From: Eledone cirrhosa
Lineage: Eukaryota
Length of the DNA: 64,000 nt
Assembly (NCBI GenBank): GCA_964016885.1
Contig: OZ024753.1
Coordinates: 558,001 to 622,000 of the forward strand
Reading direction: 5' to 3'
Positions 48,353-61,689 of this stretch are shown here, one piece after another. Numbering within the stretch: the stretch's first letter is position 1; each line of letters starts with the position of its first letter. Position numbers and translations under genes: made by a program. The notes below the pieces were generated by a model. That model ran no database searches and was not told the origin of the DNA. It was given only the letters and a program-made list of their open reading frames with translations.

Positions 48353-48890
48353 TTAACTCATCAGGCCATCTCCGTCCACAGAATCAAAGGCCTTCCTAAA
48401 GTCAATGAAAACCACAACAGCAGGAAGGCTCTTATCTCTACCTCCCTCTAGAAAACTCCCCAGCTTCAGGATGTGACCGGCAGTGGAGCTTCCCTCTCTG
48501 AAGCTGTTCTGGTTGTCCCTGAGCTTCTTCTCCATCTTGGGCTGGATCCAGTTAAGAATCATTCTGTTGAGGGTCTTTGCCACAAGTAACGTCAGTGAGA
48601 TGTCCCTGTAGTTTTTGATCTCCTCCATTTGGTACTGGGATGGTGTTACTAATCCTCCACTGATCTGGGGCAACTCTTTTCTCCAATGCCTGATTATAGA
48701 ACTATGATGATATCATCAAAACCACACCTCTTCATCACCTCTGATGCACTCCATCTTCTCCATGGGCCTTACCCTCCTTGATCTTCTCCTTAGCTCTCTG
48801 AAGCTCTTGTCTGGCGAAGGGTCCTATCTCAAAATCCAGTATACATATTATATATGATGTTGTCCAAAGTTGTCTTCATTTCCAGGCAAA
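48353..48890 (-). mobile_element. Decayed RTE-X-like RT fragment
   Basis: NYRDISL..VAKTLNRMILNWI..LRDNQNSFR..VVFIDFRKAFDSV. Confidence 0.75.
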
Positions 48891-50004
48891 CAATTCAACT
48901 TAAGTCATCAATTTCAGCTGTGTTCAGTGGAAACTATAGGGATAAATTTGTCCCAATTTATATATAATACTCTTAAGACAAAATTGTCCCATGCGTATAT
49001 TTTTTTAACTAAAAGATAAAAAGACCCGCCTCGGTCACGAATAACCATGGAATTTACACCTAGAATGTACACCCCTCCAAGGGCAAGGTTGTTTGTGGAA
49101 GACCAGTAGTCACCCATGCATACCGGTCTCCCCTCTCCACGCCACCGATGTTGTCCAAAGGAAAGGCAAAGGCTGATACAGCTTGGCACCAGTGATGTCG
49201 CAACACATTTCTACAGCTGAGTGAACTGGAGCAATGTGAAATAAAGTGTCTTGCTCAAGAACACAATGCAAAGCCCAGTCTGAGAATCAAACTCACCACC
49301 CCACAAATGTAAGACCGACGCTCTAACCACCAAGCCATGCATGTTCACAACAACAGGATATGCATATAGATATGCATATTATTAGTTTAATATGATCAAA
49401 ATTAGTCATTTTCAATCAAAAACTAAATATTTTTTAAAAAGTCGGTATTGAGAGGAATAAAAGCCAATATAAGATATATGTGAACAATATCTACAAACAG
49501 CATACATTATAAAGTAATTATAAAATTTATTAATTAATAGAAATGTATAATAATGAAAGTATTGACAAATATGAAACAAATGGATACTCTCCAGTGATAT
49601 GTTGATCTCAGCTGGATTTCCTTGAACATCCGGGGCAGATTTCAATGATTGGTACATTCTTCTCGCAAGTATACATGTTGGAACTCCATATGTTCCAATG
49701 ATGACTGTTCCAGTGTTTTGAACAGCTTGCTTGTGAAATTAAATGTACAAGTGGCTGAACATTCCACTGACACTGGTACCTTTAATGTAATCCTCAAGGA
49801 GATTCAGCATGACACAATATGTGACAGGGCTGACCATTTAGATCAACTCACTTTCACCAGCTGAGTGGACTGGAGCAGCATGAGATAGTGTCTTGCTCAA
49901 GAACAAAACAGGTTGTTTAGAAGCACACTCACACCTTTACGATTGAGAACCAAACACCCTAAGTATGTATGATATAAATTTTAGTTATATTTATAAATAT
50001 ATAT

Positions 50005-50209
50005 AAGAAAATGAGGTTTTGTTTAAATGAAAAAAAATGAGATATCCTACACAAGTGAAAGTATAAGGAAAAGAAATCGAAAATGTAACTGGAGTCTTTT
50101 TAAGAATATTTATTTATTTCCTTTACCGGTTTCACAGTTCTTATGTTTTTCAAAAGTAAAATTGAGATGGAGGGTTTGTGGTTTTTCTCGCATCGAGAAA
50201 AACCACTTA
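50005..50209 (-). mobile_element. TA-anchored Penelope-like terminal fragment with a 13-bp terminal fold-back
   Basis: Homologous to 36421-36620; GTGGTTTTTCTCG-cat-CGAGAAAAACCAC. Confidence 0.7.
50121..50156 (-). ncRNA. Minimal hammerhead motif, U3-A8 core variant with palindromic ACCGGU stem III
   Basis: cuu-UUGAAAA-aca-uaagaac-ugu-GAAA-CCGG-UA-aag, followed by AAAUAAAUAAA. Confidence 0.68.
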
Positions 50210-50240
50210 TATATATATATATACACACAATCGTCCGTCA

Positions 50241-50280
<40 letters not shown>

Positions 50281-50336
50281 TTAGTTATAGTGGAAAAAAA
50301 GTGTGGATGTTAGAAAACGCTCTATATAGATCGTTA

Positions 50337-50381
50337 TATAAGGAAAATGATTAAAAAAAAAGCTGTTTGTAAAGTACACCT

Positions 50382-50424
<43 letters not shown>

Positions 50425-50436
50425 GATATATATATG

Positions 50437-50487
<51 letters not shown>

Positions 50488-50821
50488 GATGTTAGCAAAG
50501 TCTGCTTTCTCCATTTTGGATCTTTAAAACATTTGTTGTTATGTTAAATTATTTTTTCATTAAAACTCCTACATGCTGATTCTTTTACCACAAGTGACCC
50601 AAACCAATGTGGTCGAAAATCAGCATGCAGGAGTTTTAATGAAAAAACAATTTAACCTAATAACAAATGTTTTGATGATCCAAAATGGAGAAAGCAGACA
50701 TTGCTAACATCGATTTTTTTATACATGTTATAAAGAACCTTTATATATATATATATAGATATATATATATACATACCAGGTGTGCTTTTCAAACCCTTTT
50801 TAAAAAATTCTTTTCCTTATA
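50337..50821. repeat. Nested long fold-back (inner arms ~110 bp, centre ~50600; outer arms separated by TA tracts)
   Basis: AAAAATCGATGTTAGCAAAGTCTGCTTTCTCCATTTTGGATC pairs with GATCCAAAATGGAGAAAGCAGACATTGCTAACATCGATTTTT; CACCTGGTA pairs with TACCAGGTG. Confidence 0.85.
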
Positions 50822-51105
50822 TATTTATATATATATATATATAGCAAACTTGGTTTACATTGTTATATATAGCTATATTGTATAAATCAGTATAGATATA
50901 CTGCAACATGATAAAACCTAAGAAATATTTCTACAATATCTTTACAGAAGGTATAGTGACACCTAATATGAGGTCGCTACATAGATTTCAATGACACCAT
51001 GACATGGAGTACAGATGTCCCCCAAACCAGTAGCATTTTGCAGTAATGCCTTGAGGTCTGAGGTACATAGATTTTCAGATATCATAATTTTGGTACAACA
51101 CTCAC

Positions 51106-51197
51106 CTTCTTTAATAGCAGCATCTCGTGTCATTGACATATTACGCAAGGGTACTTTAGAATCCCTCTTGTGGTTAAAGTTTGGTAGAGATGAAGAA
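51106..51197 (-). CDS. FRMD5: FRMD5-like exon (SSSLPNFNHKRDSKVPLRNMSMTRDAAIKE)
   Basis: ttattgtctgtttttcag acceptor, gtgagt donor, 92 nt, phase 2 to 1, fits neighbouring exons. Confidence 0.8.
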
Positions 51198-51662
51198 CTG
51201 AAAAACAGACAATAAAAAAAACCCAGTTGTAAGATTCGATAGCAAGTAAAGTTGCTTTTTGTAATATGAATGACATCAACTGAGTTACAAAGGGAGGTAA
51301 TCGTGGGAGTACTGCCAAGGGGTGTACATTTGCTTCATAGAACTCTGTGTAAGGTTTTGCAGGAGTATCGGATCAATAGACAGCTTCTAGTTGCCCCAAT
51401 GTCTCTATATGAATGACCTAGTATTTGTGTTAAGATAAATGGTACTAAATTGAAACCATTTGGGAGTGAATACTGTCACCTCTCATGTTAATTATTTTCA
51501 TGAACAAGATTGTCATGCGCAGCCAAGTTACAGTGGGTAATCAAAAAGAGCTAGTGAGACAAGTAATAAAAAAAGAAAAAAAAAACCTAAAAACTAAAAG
51601 AAAAAAAATAAAGAAGAGGGGGGAAAAAAACAACAAAAATAAAATTGCAGACAACAACTTAC

Positions 51663-51731
51663 CGAGTAAAAGCTGGTTCTGGACGACTAATTCCTCCACT
51701 GGCAGCAATGGCCTCTGTTTGACACCGACCA
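51663..51731 (-). CDS. FRMD5: FRMD5-like exon, FERM-adjacent domain second half (GRCQTEAIAASGGISRPEPAFT)
   Basis: ttttttcccacag acceptor, gtaagt donor, 69 nt; completes GSRFRFS-GR. Confidence 0.88.
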
Positions 51732-52691
51732 CTGTGGGAAAAAATATGAAGACTTTTATTGATAGCGTAAACAAGTAAGTATTTACTGATTTTCTATTTA
51801 ACTATGTAAGTAAAGAGATTGATAAAATAAGTACCAGACTTGAAAAAAAAAAGAGAAAGTTTTTTGTTTGATATGATCAACTAAAACCCTTCAAGGTGGT
51901 ACTCCGACATGTCCAGAATCTAATGACTAAATCTGGTAAAAGAGTATCTGCTTTTCGAAATTTAATAAACCAGTACATGTAGTGTATTGCTCTTTTGTGC
52001 TGTTTCAATAAATTAATGAAGAATTTTGAGGAACTGACTAAAATTATTAATTATTTCATCAGTAAGATAGTAACAATTTGCTTCTTACAGAAAATTTTTG
52101 GAAGATTTTAATTTGAATAGAATCCTTTAAAATGGGGGGCAGTGTTGTTTCATAAAACCAGAGCACATTTTGGTAGGGTTGGTACCAAAAGGGTTCTACA
52201 AACTATGGTAAAGATTAGTAAATCTAAGATTGTAGTCAATTTGATATTTGTGTTGCTAAGAACTTGAATTATAAATTCCAAGTTTCATTCCACAGCAAAG
52301 CTATAATGTTTTTATACTTTTGATACCAAAACACCCAAAACTACTCCTCGTTGTTTTAAAGTGTTTCTATTTATCTAAAAACCTATCATAATTTTATGTA
52401 AGAAACTTTAAGATATGGTTTTCTATAAAACTATGTTAGACGTCAGAAGATTTTAATTTAACCTGTTACAGTTGGCTTGAACAAATTCTGGCTGGATACA
52501 GCTGGTTTAAATGCTAAGGGGTTAAACTGGTGCTTGTTTTTAAATAAAAAGATATAAACACTTCAACATAAACAGATTTGTATGACAGTGCAAGGGTTGG
52601 TTTTGAGGAGTTTGGTATCAAAAGGATCAATGCAAGGGTTAAAAATACAAATAAATTGAAAGTAGAAGTTTCATGAGAAGAATAACAATAC

Positions 52692-52769
52692 CTGAAACGA
52701 AATCGAGAACCCCTAGTTAAGAGGCTACCTCCCGACCGAACTTTAGGAGCATTTGCTGAATTTGACAGT
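52692..52769 (-). CDS. FRMD5: FRMD5-like exon, FERM-adjacent domain (LSNSANAPKVRSGGSLLTRGSRFRF)
   Basis: Strong polypyrimidine acceptor, gtattg donor, 78 nt; GS(R/K)FR(Y/F)SGR signature of band-4.1 FA domains. Confidence 0.9.
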
Positions 52770-52809
52770 CTGAAAAGAAAAAAGAAAATATAAAAACAAA
52801 TAATGTGTG

Positions 52810-53250
52810 AGATGCGCAATGCTGCATGGTAGTGAGACATGGGCAGCAACTACAGAGGATATGCGATGGCTGGAGAGAAATGAAGCAAGGATGCTCCGTT
52901 GGATGTGCAATGTCAATGTGCGTGAACGACCAAGCATAGATGAGTTGAGAGAGAAACTGTGTATAAGAAGGATAAGTTGTGGTGTGCGGAAGAGAAGACT
53001 GAGATGGTATGGACATGTGATGCGCATCGAGGATGACTGCTGGGTAACAAAGTGCCAAGAAATCCCAGTAGAAGGAAGATGCAGTAGAGGAAGACGAAGG
53101 TGGTGAGAGCAGACCTCAGATTGCTGAAGCTCACGGAGGAGATGACGAAGGACCATGACAAGTGGAGAGATGCTGTGCTGAATAAGACCCGTCACACCCT
53201 TGCAAGCAGGGAAAAGCGGACGTAAAATGATAATGATGATGATGATGATA
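52810..53250 (+). mobile_element. RTE 3' fragment with (GAT)n tail, same lineage as 8518-10440
   Basis: AMLHGSETW...LERNEARMLRWMCN...[11 protein letters not shown]. Confidence 0.88.
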
Positions 53251-53269
53251 ATCAGGTATAAAAATATCG

Positions 53270-53910
53270 CCATCACTCTGTTTTTCCATCTAGCAAAGAT
53301 TGAGCAGATTATTACAGACAAAGTCAGTGTCTAGTTGGAGTTACTGAACTCTCAGATGAGCCAAGGACCATAATTAACATACATTACTGCACTTTAGTAC
53401 AGTAATGTATGTGAATGTATGTAAATGGGAAAGACTGGCTGAGGGCTGTACATCATAGAGAAAGTTCATCAAATATGGATGTATTGTCTTTGAGAAAAAG
53501 TGAGTGGAGCATTCTATTTTGAAGAGTGCCTGCAAAAATCCAGCAGGAATTGAGGTGCAATGTATGTGGCCGATTTCTTCTAACAAGAACTGATTTTGTT
53601 AACCATCTGAAATCACATGAGCCAGGGAGAAATTGAGCCAACTGTGAGATGGTTCTACCATCATACACTCCACCTTACATTTGCAGTGAATGTGGCTTAA
53701 TTTGAAAGTCAGCGAGTGAACTGACCAGATATGGTAAAAAGCACGAAGAGACACACCAGCCGGTTTTGCCAGGAGACAAACAGTTCAAGTGTCACACCTA
53801 TGAACGTACCTACAAAATAAAAGCAGGTCTGAAAAGTCACCTGCGTACACATGATTGTGCAATGTTCAATGAAGGGATGGCACTCTTCTGACAAGAAGTA
53901 GCAATCAGCA
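53270..53910 (+). mobile_element. Decayed LINE (RTE/BovB-like) C-terminus with three C2H2-like fingers
   Basis: WERLA...CNVCGRF..VNHLKSH; CSECGL; ...AGLKSHLRTH, with in-frame stops. Confidence 0.6.
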
Positions 53911-54068
53911 TATATATAAATATATATATATATGTAGATAAATCTACCAAGAGTTTACGGTAGTGTCCAATCCGTATGAAGAACTCAATGTAATCCGGAT
54001 ATCATGGAAAGAAGAGATGCAATGAAAAATCACTTTCGGTGAAAGATAAATGGAATACAGAGTCAAGA

Positions 54069-54374
54069 TAAAATATTAAAAAAATAATGAATAAAACAAT
54101 GAAACAGTTCCTTATATTAAACAAAAAAAGTTCATTATTTAACGATCGTTTCTAGGATATATATGTGTTAGAATTGGCATGCATATTCAACAGATCGATG
54201 TACAAAATTATACAAAATTATACAAACTATCAAAATTAAATACATAGATCTGTTGAATATGCATGCCAATTCTAACACATATATATCCTAGAAACGATCG
54301 TTAAATAATGAACTTTTTTTGTTTAATATAAGGAACTGTTTCATTGTTTTATTCATTATTTTTTTAATATTTTA
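54069..54374. repeat. Near-perfect inverted repeat, ~134-bp arms with ~38-bp spacer
   Basis: 54069-54202 pairs with 54241-54374 with about one mismatch; right arm abuts (TA)n. Confidence 0.92.
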
Positions 54375-54883
54375 AATATATATATATATATATAGATAGT
54401 ATTAGCAATTGGAAAGACCAACGGAAACATTGTTTCCCCGGTCCGATTTGACGAAAGTCGATCGTTCCTTTTATATATATATATATATATATATAACCAT
54501 CATCAACATACAGTTTCTATCCTAGCATGGGTTGCACAGGTTGTACAGTTAGTTTGAAGCAAGTTGGGTCAGGTGACCATGTCTTGCTCATACAGAACTG
54601 TTTCTAGCTTGGTTTCTACGGCTGGGTGCCCTTCCTAACACAAACCACATTTACAGTGTGCTGGGTACTTTTTTCTGTGACTCCTACATGACAACTTTAC
54701 AGTGTGGGCTGGGTACTTTTTGTTATGATACATACACGACCACTTTACACAGAGTGTAGGGGTATGGAAGGTGTATGGAAGGGAGGTGCCTACTAGATGT
54801 ATGTTTCAGTCTGTGCACATGGGTAGGAGGGTCTTCTGTATTACTGCATAACACCAATATATATATATATGTGTGTGTACATA

Positions 54884-54918
<35 letters not shown>

Positions 54919-54957
54919 TGGGTATAGAATGTGAAAAGTTGTAATTATAGAACTTAC

Positions 54958-55046
54958 GTGAAAAAAAACTGTTGTTCAACAGCACACCGCCACAAGTACT
55001 TACAGGCACTGGTTGTAGAGCATTTGTAACCAATAGGTTGTTGCTT
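54958..55046 (-). CDS. FRMD5: FRMD5-like exon, end of FERM-C (KQQPIGYKCSTTSACKYLWRCAVEQQFFF)
   Basis: ttattttccag acceptor, gtaagt donor, 89 nt; ACKxLWRCAVE motif of FERM F3 lobes; phase 2 fits the next exon. Confidence 0.92.
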
Positions 55047-55082
55047 CTGGAAAATAAATAAAAAATAATTATACATACACAC

Positions 55083-56298
55083 ATATATAGATATTATATA
55101 CATATATATATATATAATATATATTATATATATATAATATATATTATATATATATAATATATATTATATATATATATATAATATATATATATATATAATA
55201 TATATATATAATATATATATATATATAATATATATTATATATATATATATAATATATATTATATATATATATATATATAATATATTTTATATATTATATA
55301 TATATATATAATATATATTATATATATATATATATATAATATATTTTATATATTATATATATATATATAATATATATTATATATATATATATATATAATA
55401 TATTTTATATATTATATATATATATATAATATATATATATATATAATATATATATATAATATATATATATATATAATATATATTATATATATATATATAT
55501 ATAATATATTTTATATATTATATATATATAATATATTTTATATATTATATATATATATATAATATATATTATATATATATAATATATATTATATATATAT
55601 ATATATAATATATATATATAATATATATATATATAATATATATATATAATATATATATATAATATATATATATTATATATATATAATATATATATATATA
55701 TATAATATATATATATAATATATATATATATAATATATATATATAATATATATTATATATATATATATATAATATATTTTATATATTATATATATATAAT
55801 ATATTTTATATATTATATATATATATATATATATAATCTATATTATATATATATATATATATAATATATATTATATATATATATATATATAATATATATT
55901 ATATATATTATATATATATAATATATATTATATATATATATTATATATATATATTATATATATATATATTATATATATATATTATATATATTATATATAC
56001 ATATATATATATATTATATATACATATATATATATATTATATATACATATATATATATATATTATATATACATATATATATATATATTATATATACATAT
56101 ATATATATATATATTATATATACATATATATATATATATATTATATATACATATATATATATATATTATATATACATATATATATATATATTATATATAC
56201 ATATATATATATTATATATACATATATATATAATATATATACATATATATATAATATATATACATATATATATAATATATATACATATATATATAATA
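55083..56298. repeat. (TA)n array with TAA/TTA interruptions
   Basis: Direct reading. Confidence 0.95.
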
Positions 56299-56427
56299 TT
56301 AGTACAGATTGAAGTTTAAGCAATGAATTTCTGCTTTCACTCAATATGGGATCTTCTGAAACTGAGTTTCAGAAGATCCCATATTGAGTGAAACCGAACA
56401 TTGTATAAACTTTAATCTGTACTAATA
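56297..56427. repeat. Fold-back with a perfect 28-bp inner stem
   Basis: TTTCACTCAATATGGGATCTTCTGAAAC-tga-GTTTCAGAAGATCCCATATTGAGTGAAA, plus outer TATTAGTACAGATT/AATCTGTACTAATA. Confidence 0.88.
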
Positions 56428-56456
56428 ATAAATGTTTTCTCTATGGGTTTATATAT

Positions 56457-56505
<49 letters not shown>

Positions 56506-56585
56506 GTACATACATATACGCAATTCTTATCGAGCCCACTTCAGTATTTGGTCTTTGTATTTTTATATATATATAATTAAAAATG

Positions 56586-56621
<36 letters not shown>

Positions 56622-56800
56622 TAGTTGAAAAGGGGTTAAAGTTCCATACAAATCAAAGGTTATAGAAAAAAGTAAGAATGGAAACAGCACGGAAATATAT
56701 TTAAAGAATCTTTTTTTTCTTCTTTAATTTGACAAAGAGTTATTTTTGAAAAAAGGTGAAAATATTTTGGGGGAAAATAGGGTTCTTATAAAATATATAA

Positions 56801-56840
56801 AATATTACCGGGTTCAATGTAATTCATCTTATCAAATATT
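56801..56840 (-). ncRNA. Minimal hammerhead-like motif, U3-A8 variant with one core mismatch
   Basis: AAUAU-UUGAUAA-gaug-aauua-cauu-GAAC-CCGG-UA-AUAUU. Confidence 0.55.
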
Positions 56841-57253
56841 AGATTTAAATTGAAATTTAAAAATAAAAAATTATGGGTTGAAGAAGGTCTGTTCATATTT
56901 CATGTTGTGAATAACTGAGACACTTAAGAGAAATACATCATATATATGTAGCTAAGAAGTAGTGGCGTTTAACAGGTCAAAGATTTCTATATGTGTGTGC
57001 GTGTGTATGTGTGAGGAAAAAGAACATTGTCACAGATTTATTATTAGGGAAATATGTCCTGGTTGTTTTTGAAAAAAAACATATATATGTTTGGGTTCAA
57101 TATAATCTTGTTACATAATTCTGCAGATGACACCTGATGAGGTCACCTTGTCTTGCATCATAATCTGATGATGAAGCTGGGCCATTGAAATATGTATAGT
57201 GATTTAAAATTCTAAAGTAAATTTTCTAGTCTGTCCTATTGTTGTTTTAATGA

Positions 57254-57294
<41 letters not shown>

Positions 57295-57338
57295 AATAAC
57301 AGGAGGCTGGACTGGTGTAATTCCTTAAAAGGTTTATT

Positions 57339-57396
57339 ATACTATGATCATTTCAATGAACGGGTTCATTGTGAATCCAGTGACATCATCAGGTAT
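57339..57396 (-). ncRNA. Type-I hammerhead motif with 8-nt palindromic stem III
   Basis: AUAC-CUGAUGA-...AAUGAA-cccg-UUCAUU-GAA-AUGAUCAU-A-GUAU. Confidence 0.65.
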
Positions 57397-57600
57397 TCGA
57401 AATATAACAAAGGAATATAATAGACAAAATCCATGGGGCTGAAAATCAGAGACATGAGGGCGACCAAACATTTAGCAGCAGCTACCTCGGCCGCCCTCAA
57501 GTATATATATATATACCACGATAAATTAACGGAGCCATAGGCTCTCGCCATTCCCTGTAAATAATGTGCTCAAAGGAGAAGAAATCCTGAGCTCTTTAAA

Positions 57601-57746
57601 ATACAATATGTTGAAAAGGTAACACACCAGAGAGAGATATATAGTCTGCCTTTCATAGGTTATAGATTCCATACACTGGTGGTTTTTTCCCTGTTTTATT
57701 GATAGCGCACTGTATATATCTCTCTGGTGTGTTACTTATTCAACAT

Positions 57747-57753
<7 letters not shown>
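57601..57753. repeat. Fold-back with ~45-bp arms, TA-anchored
   Basis: ATACAATATGTTGAA..GTAACACACCAGAGAGA pairs with TCTCTCTGGTGTGTTAC..TTCAACATATTGTAT. Confidence 0.82.
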
Positions 57754-57779
<26 letters not shown>

Positions 57780-57899
57780 CGGCAATGAATTAGTTTTGCG
57801 AGGTTTTTTATATGAAATTGTGTGTCGAAACCAATATTGTTATACTTGGGGAGGGTTTAATTCTGGCAATATTACACAAATATGACCCTCCCCAAGTAT

Positions 57900-57956
<57 letters not shown>

Positions 57957-59019
57957 TGCATGTATTTGTGTTCGTATGTGTCTGTGGACCTGTAACTTTT
58001 ATCAGAGTCATAGGTGTGCTGTAGTGACAGTGCATCTTGGGTATTTTTAAAAGTCTGATGGAACACATCTCCTCTCCAGGTTTCTCCCATACACATTTTT
58101 GAGATGATGGGCAGTGATAGAACAGCAACCTACCTATGTATCTATTTAACAGCCTATTTACCAATCTAGCTATCTGTCTCTGTCAATCTCAATGTTTATC
58201 TATCTATCTATCCATTTATATGCCTATTTATCTTCTTGCCTACCTGTCTAACTAGCTATCAACCTATCTGTCTATCTATGTTATCTATTTATGTATGTTT
58301 ACTAAAGTAACAATCTTCAGACAATAACAACAACAAAGTCTGAAGATAGATAGATAGATAGAACAAAGTTATCATAATTTAGTGGATATATGCATCAAAC
58401 ATATATCCAGATGATTAAAGAAAATGGGGAAGAAAATCATTGTAATTGATTTAAATAACAGTAAAAATGAAATAAGTTGTTAGCTGGAGTGACAGGAGGG
58501 ACAAATTAAAGAAAAGTCAAAGATTCAAACATCTTTACATAGAATGTTATAATCAAGAAATTATTAAATCAAATATTATTTGACTATAAACATTGTCTTT
58601 TTATACATGTGTTATGCTAGTATATAAATAAAAACCAAACAAACACTAAGCATCACCAATATACCAAAGAAATTGTGGTTACCAGCAGTAAAAGCCCCAC
58701 TTTGTTACCAAATGGCATTTAAAGGCTTACAGAAAAAAAAACCATTTTGTGAATACTTATTGTATCGGAAATGTGTTAAGCAATGTGAATAAACAGAGAG
58801 ATAGCTAAATTACACATGGTGTTATTTAGCCTCAACAGTTTGGAGAAGTAAACTTTACTTACCATAATGTCAAATAAAAGAGTAAAAACAAAATATTAAG
58901 AGACAAAAAGGATGTCAAGAATTTGTACAAATTTTCAAAATTAGACTTTCTGGTCTGTGTGTCCATTTGAGAAAACACAAACATACATACATACATACAT
59001 ACATACACTTAGTTACACG

Positions 59020-59062
<43 letters not shown>

Positions 59063-59427
59063 AGTGTGTGTGTGTGGGGGGGGGGGGGGTACTCCTCTTT
59101 TCCTTTTCTTAGAGGGTTTTAAACCTCACTACCAGGCTAAAATTTCTTTATTGAAAAAAAAACGCTGAAAACTTCTTTTTTTTAATTTCAAGCTCGCTCG
59201 CTCTTACTTACTATATATTAATTGTTTCTGCGTTAGGCACAAGGCCAGCAATTATCCAGTGTATTACTGGTACTATATATTAATGCATATATTTGTACTC
59301 CTAAAGAAGGGCTAAAGCCTGACATGTCGAACATTCTTTCCCCTTTTCCGTATAAAGTGTGAAACTAATAAGACATTTTGTACCTCTGTTTTGTTGTCTT
59401 CTTGAACTGTGTGTATATATATATATA

Positions 59428-59605
59428 GAATCACGGTAAATAATAATAGCATTAGAAAATTGGGTAAAATATCTTTAGTGTAACACACTTGGCTGGGATT
59501 TAAGAGATAAGTAATTTGATTCTTTGTAGTGGTTGCAAGTCCCCCTTTTCTGTCCCTAAGTTTATTTTACCCAATTTTCTAATGCTGCTATTATCATAGT
59601 GATTT
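59428..59605. repeat. Fold-back with ~40-bp arms, TA-anchored
   Basis: AGCATTAGAAAATTGGGTAAAATA pairs with TATTTTACCCAATTTTCTAATGCT. Confidence 0.8.
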
Positions 59606-60147
59606 TGTGTTTGGATTTCAACATTTCAAACATACACACACACATATATATCAAGCTGACTAAAAGAGTTAGACATATTCCCATCTATGATACCACTGAT
59701 AATGCAGAAATAAGTCAAACTGTCAACATAAGTACTCTTAATTTCCACAATATGAACTGATTGTTATAAGTCCTGCCCCGACAAGTCAGAATACTCATAC
59801 ATCATCATCATCATGGTTTAATGTCTATTTTCCATGTTTTGCATGGATTAGATGTGCTGTCACATACTGAACTTCGATTGGTCATGTGACCATATCATAC
59901 CTACACACTATTTTGGGTTTGGTTTCTACAGCTGGATGTCCTTCCTAATGCCAACCAGGAAAAGCATCGAGCCATAAAACACTGCATCAAAATGGACATC
60001 ATGATGGATATGTGGCTTGCCACGAGGCCCACAAAGTTAACACAGATTAAGCAGGGAAAATGGTCTTAAAATGTTAGTTGTTGAACATTTGTTCCTTTGA
60101 TAAGTACAGCTGGCAGTTGCATCATGGTAAATTCTTTATACATTGAC

Positions 60148-60320
60148 CAGTGCCGGATTTAGGACAAATGAAGCCCTGTGCTAGTTGAGTTATGAAGCCC
60201 TAAAACATTTGAAAGATTCATCATAAAAATGTTTTTGGCCGGAAGGTGCCCCTCACCCTTCTCTGGCCAACGGGGACCTGTGCTTAAGTACATCTTAGCA
60301 CAATGGTAAATCCAACACTG
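60148..60320. mobile_element. hAT-like MITE (CAGTGCCGGATTTA...TAAATCCAACACTG)
   Basis: 14-bp imperfect TIRs starting CAG; target duplication not clean. Confidence 0.6.
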
Positions 60321-60649
60321 CATTTAAGTCTACTTTTCTGTACATGTTAAAGGCAAAAACCATTTGAGAAATTATCGGCAAAAATAGGGTAATGAAAATA
60401 TTAAGGAAAGAACAATTAAATGTCTTGCTCAAAGATAAAATGTAAGAGGAAGGCAAAGCAAGGCAAGACCAGCAGAATAACAATAACAGAATAAATAAAT
60501 GTGTTCTTGATTTTCAACGAGAATATATTTTGGAGTTTGACAGTGATTGGTGGGAGAAGTCTCTTGAGAAAAGAGGAAAGAAAGCAAGTCATCTAATAAG
60601 TACCTGGAATACAAGAAATATTATGTGAAGGAAGCTCTCTCTCTCTCTC

Positions 60650-60850
60650 GGTGTGGTGTGTGGTGTGTGGTGTGTGTGGGGTGTGGTGTGTGGGGTGGGG
60701 TGTGTGGTGTGGTGTGGTGTGGTGTGGTGTGGTGTGGTGTGGTGTGGTGTGGTGTGGTGTGGTGTGGTGTGGTGTGGTGTGGTGTGGTGTGGTGTGGTGT
60801 GGTGTGGTGTGGTGTGGTGTGGTGTGGTGTGGTGTGGTGTGGTGTGGTGT

Positions 60851-60885
<35 letters not shown>
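60650..60885. repeat. (GGTGT)n followed by (GT)n microsatellite
   Basis: Direct reading. Confidence 0.95.
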
Positions 60886-60935
<50 letters not shown>

Positions 60936-61689
60936 CTATATATCTATCTATCTCTCTCTATACATAATAGACATATATATGTGTGTGTGTTTGTGCATAC
61001 ACTTGTGGCAAATATAACATAAAACTGTGTTTTGAATGATTATTTAATGAAATATGTAGCCATGTGCTATTTACAAAAATACTTCTTGTTCTATGATACA
61101 AACTACTCATTTTAAGTATTTTTATTTATCTAAACACCTTACATTTTCAATGCCAGTTTAATTATGTCAAAATTAGTTATTTTCATTAATCACTCTAAAT
61201 TTATTAGAAACTCAGAGGAGGTGTCTTTCATTAGAAATATGGTTAAGTTCTGTGTGGTATATGGGTAGTTTGAATCACAGATTCAAACTTTTAATAGCTC
61301 CATGTGTCCTTTGTTCAACATGTATTAATTTATTTGATACAGTTGATTTTGCTGAAAAGAAGCACAATACCAGTTATAATAAGCAAGCAAATTGTCATTA
61401 ATAAAATAAGGCAACCAGATGAAAAGATTGCTTACACAAAATTTCATGCAAATATTATAATTTGCTTGAATGACTTATACATGCCAAAAAGTGTAAACAT
61501 AGATACAAAAATATTTTTAATAAATGAATAATACATACATAGATATATATATGTGTGTATGTAGAAAATATCCGTAGGTGTGAAAAAGGAAAACAGTGCT
61601 CAATCAAAGATGAGAGCTGAACAAATGCGTTACATAAGGTTTCAATGTCCAATGATCATATCTTCAGATTGTAGGAAGGATCAAAATTG

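Noticed and set aside
49588-49725. Possible extra FRMD exon (MYQSLKSAPDVQGNPAEINISLE)
   Set aside because: Weak GTATCC donor, no polypyrimidine acceptor in the right phase, and it overlaps the 3' part of a SINE
53555-53855. Host C2H2 zinc-finger gene
   Set aside because: In-frame stops, no TGEKP linkers, and preceded by LINE C-terminal WE.LA-like sequence; treated as a retroelement remnant
58863-58954. Possible upstream exon ending ATG|GTAAGT
   Set aside because: In-frame TAA in the required phase and no FERM similarity; the upstream FERM exons were not found in this window
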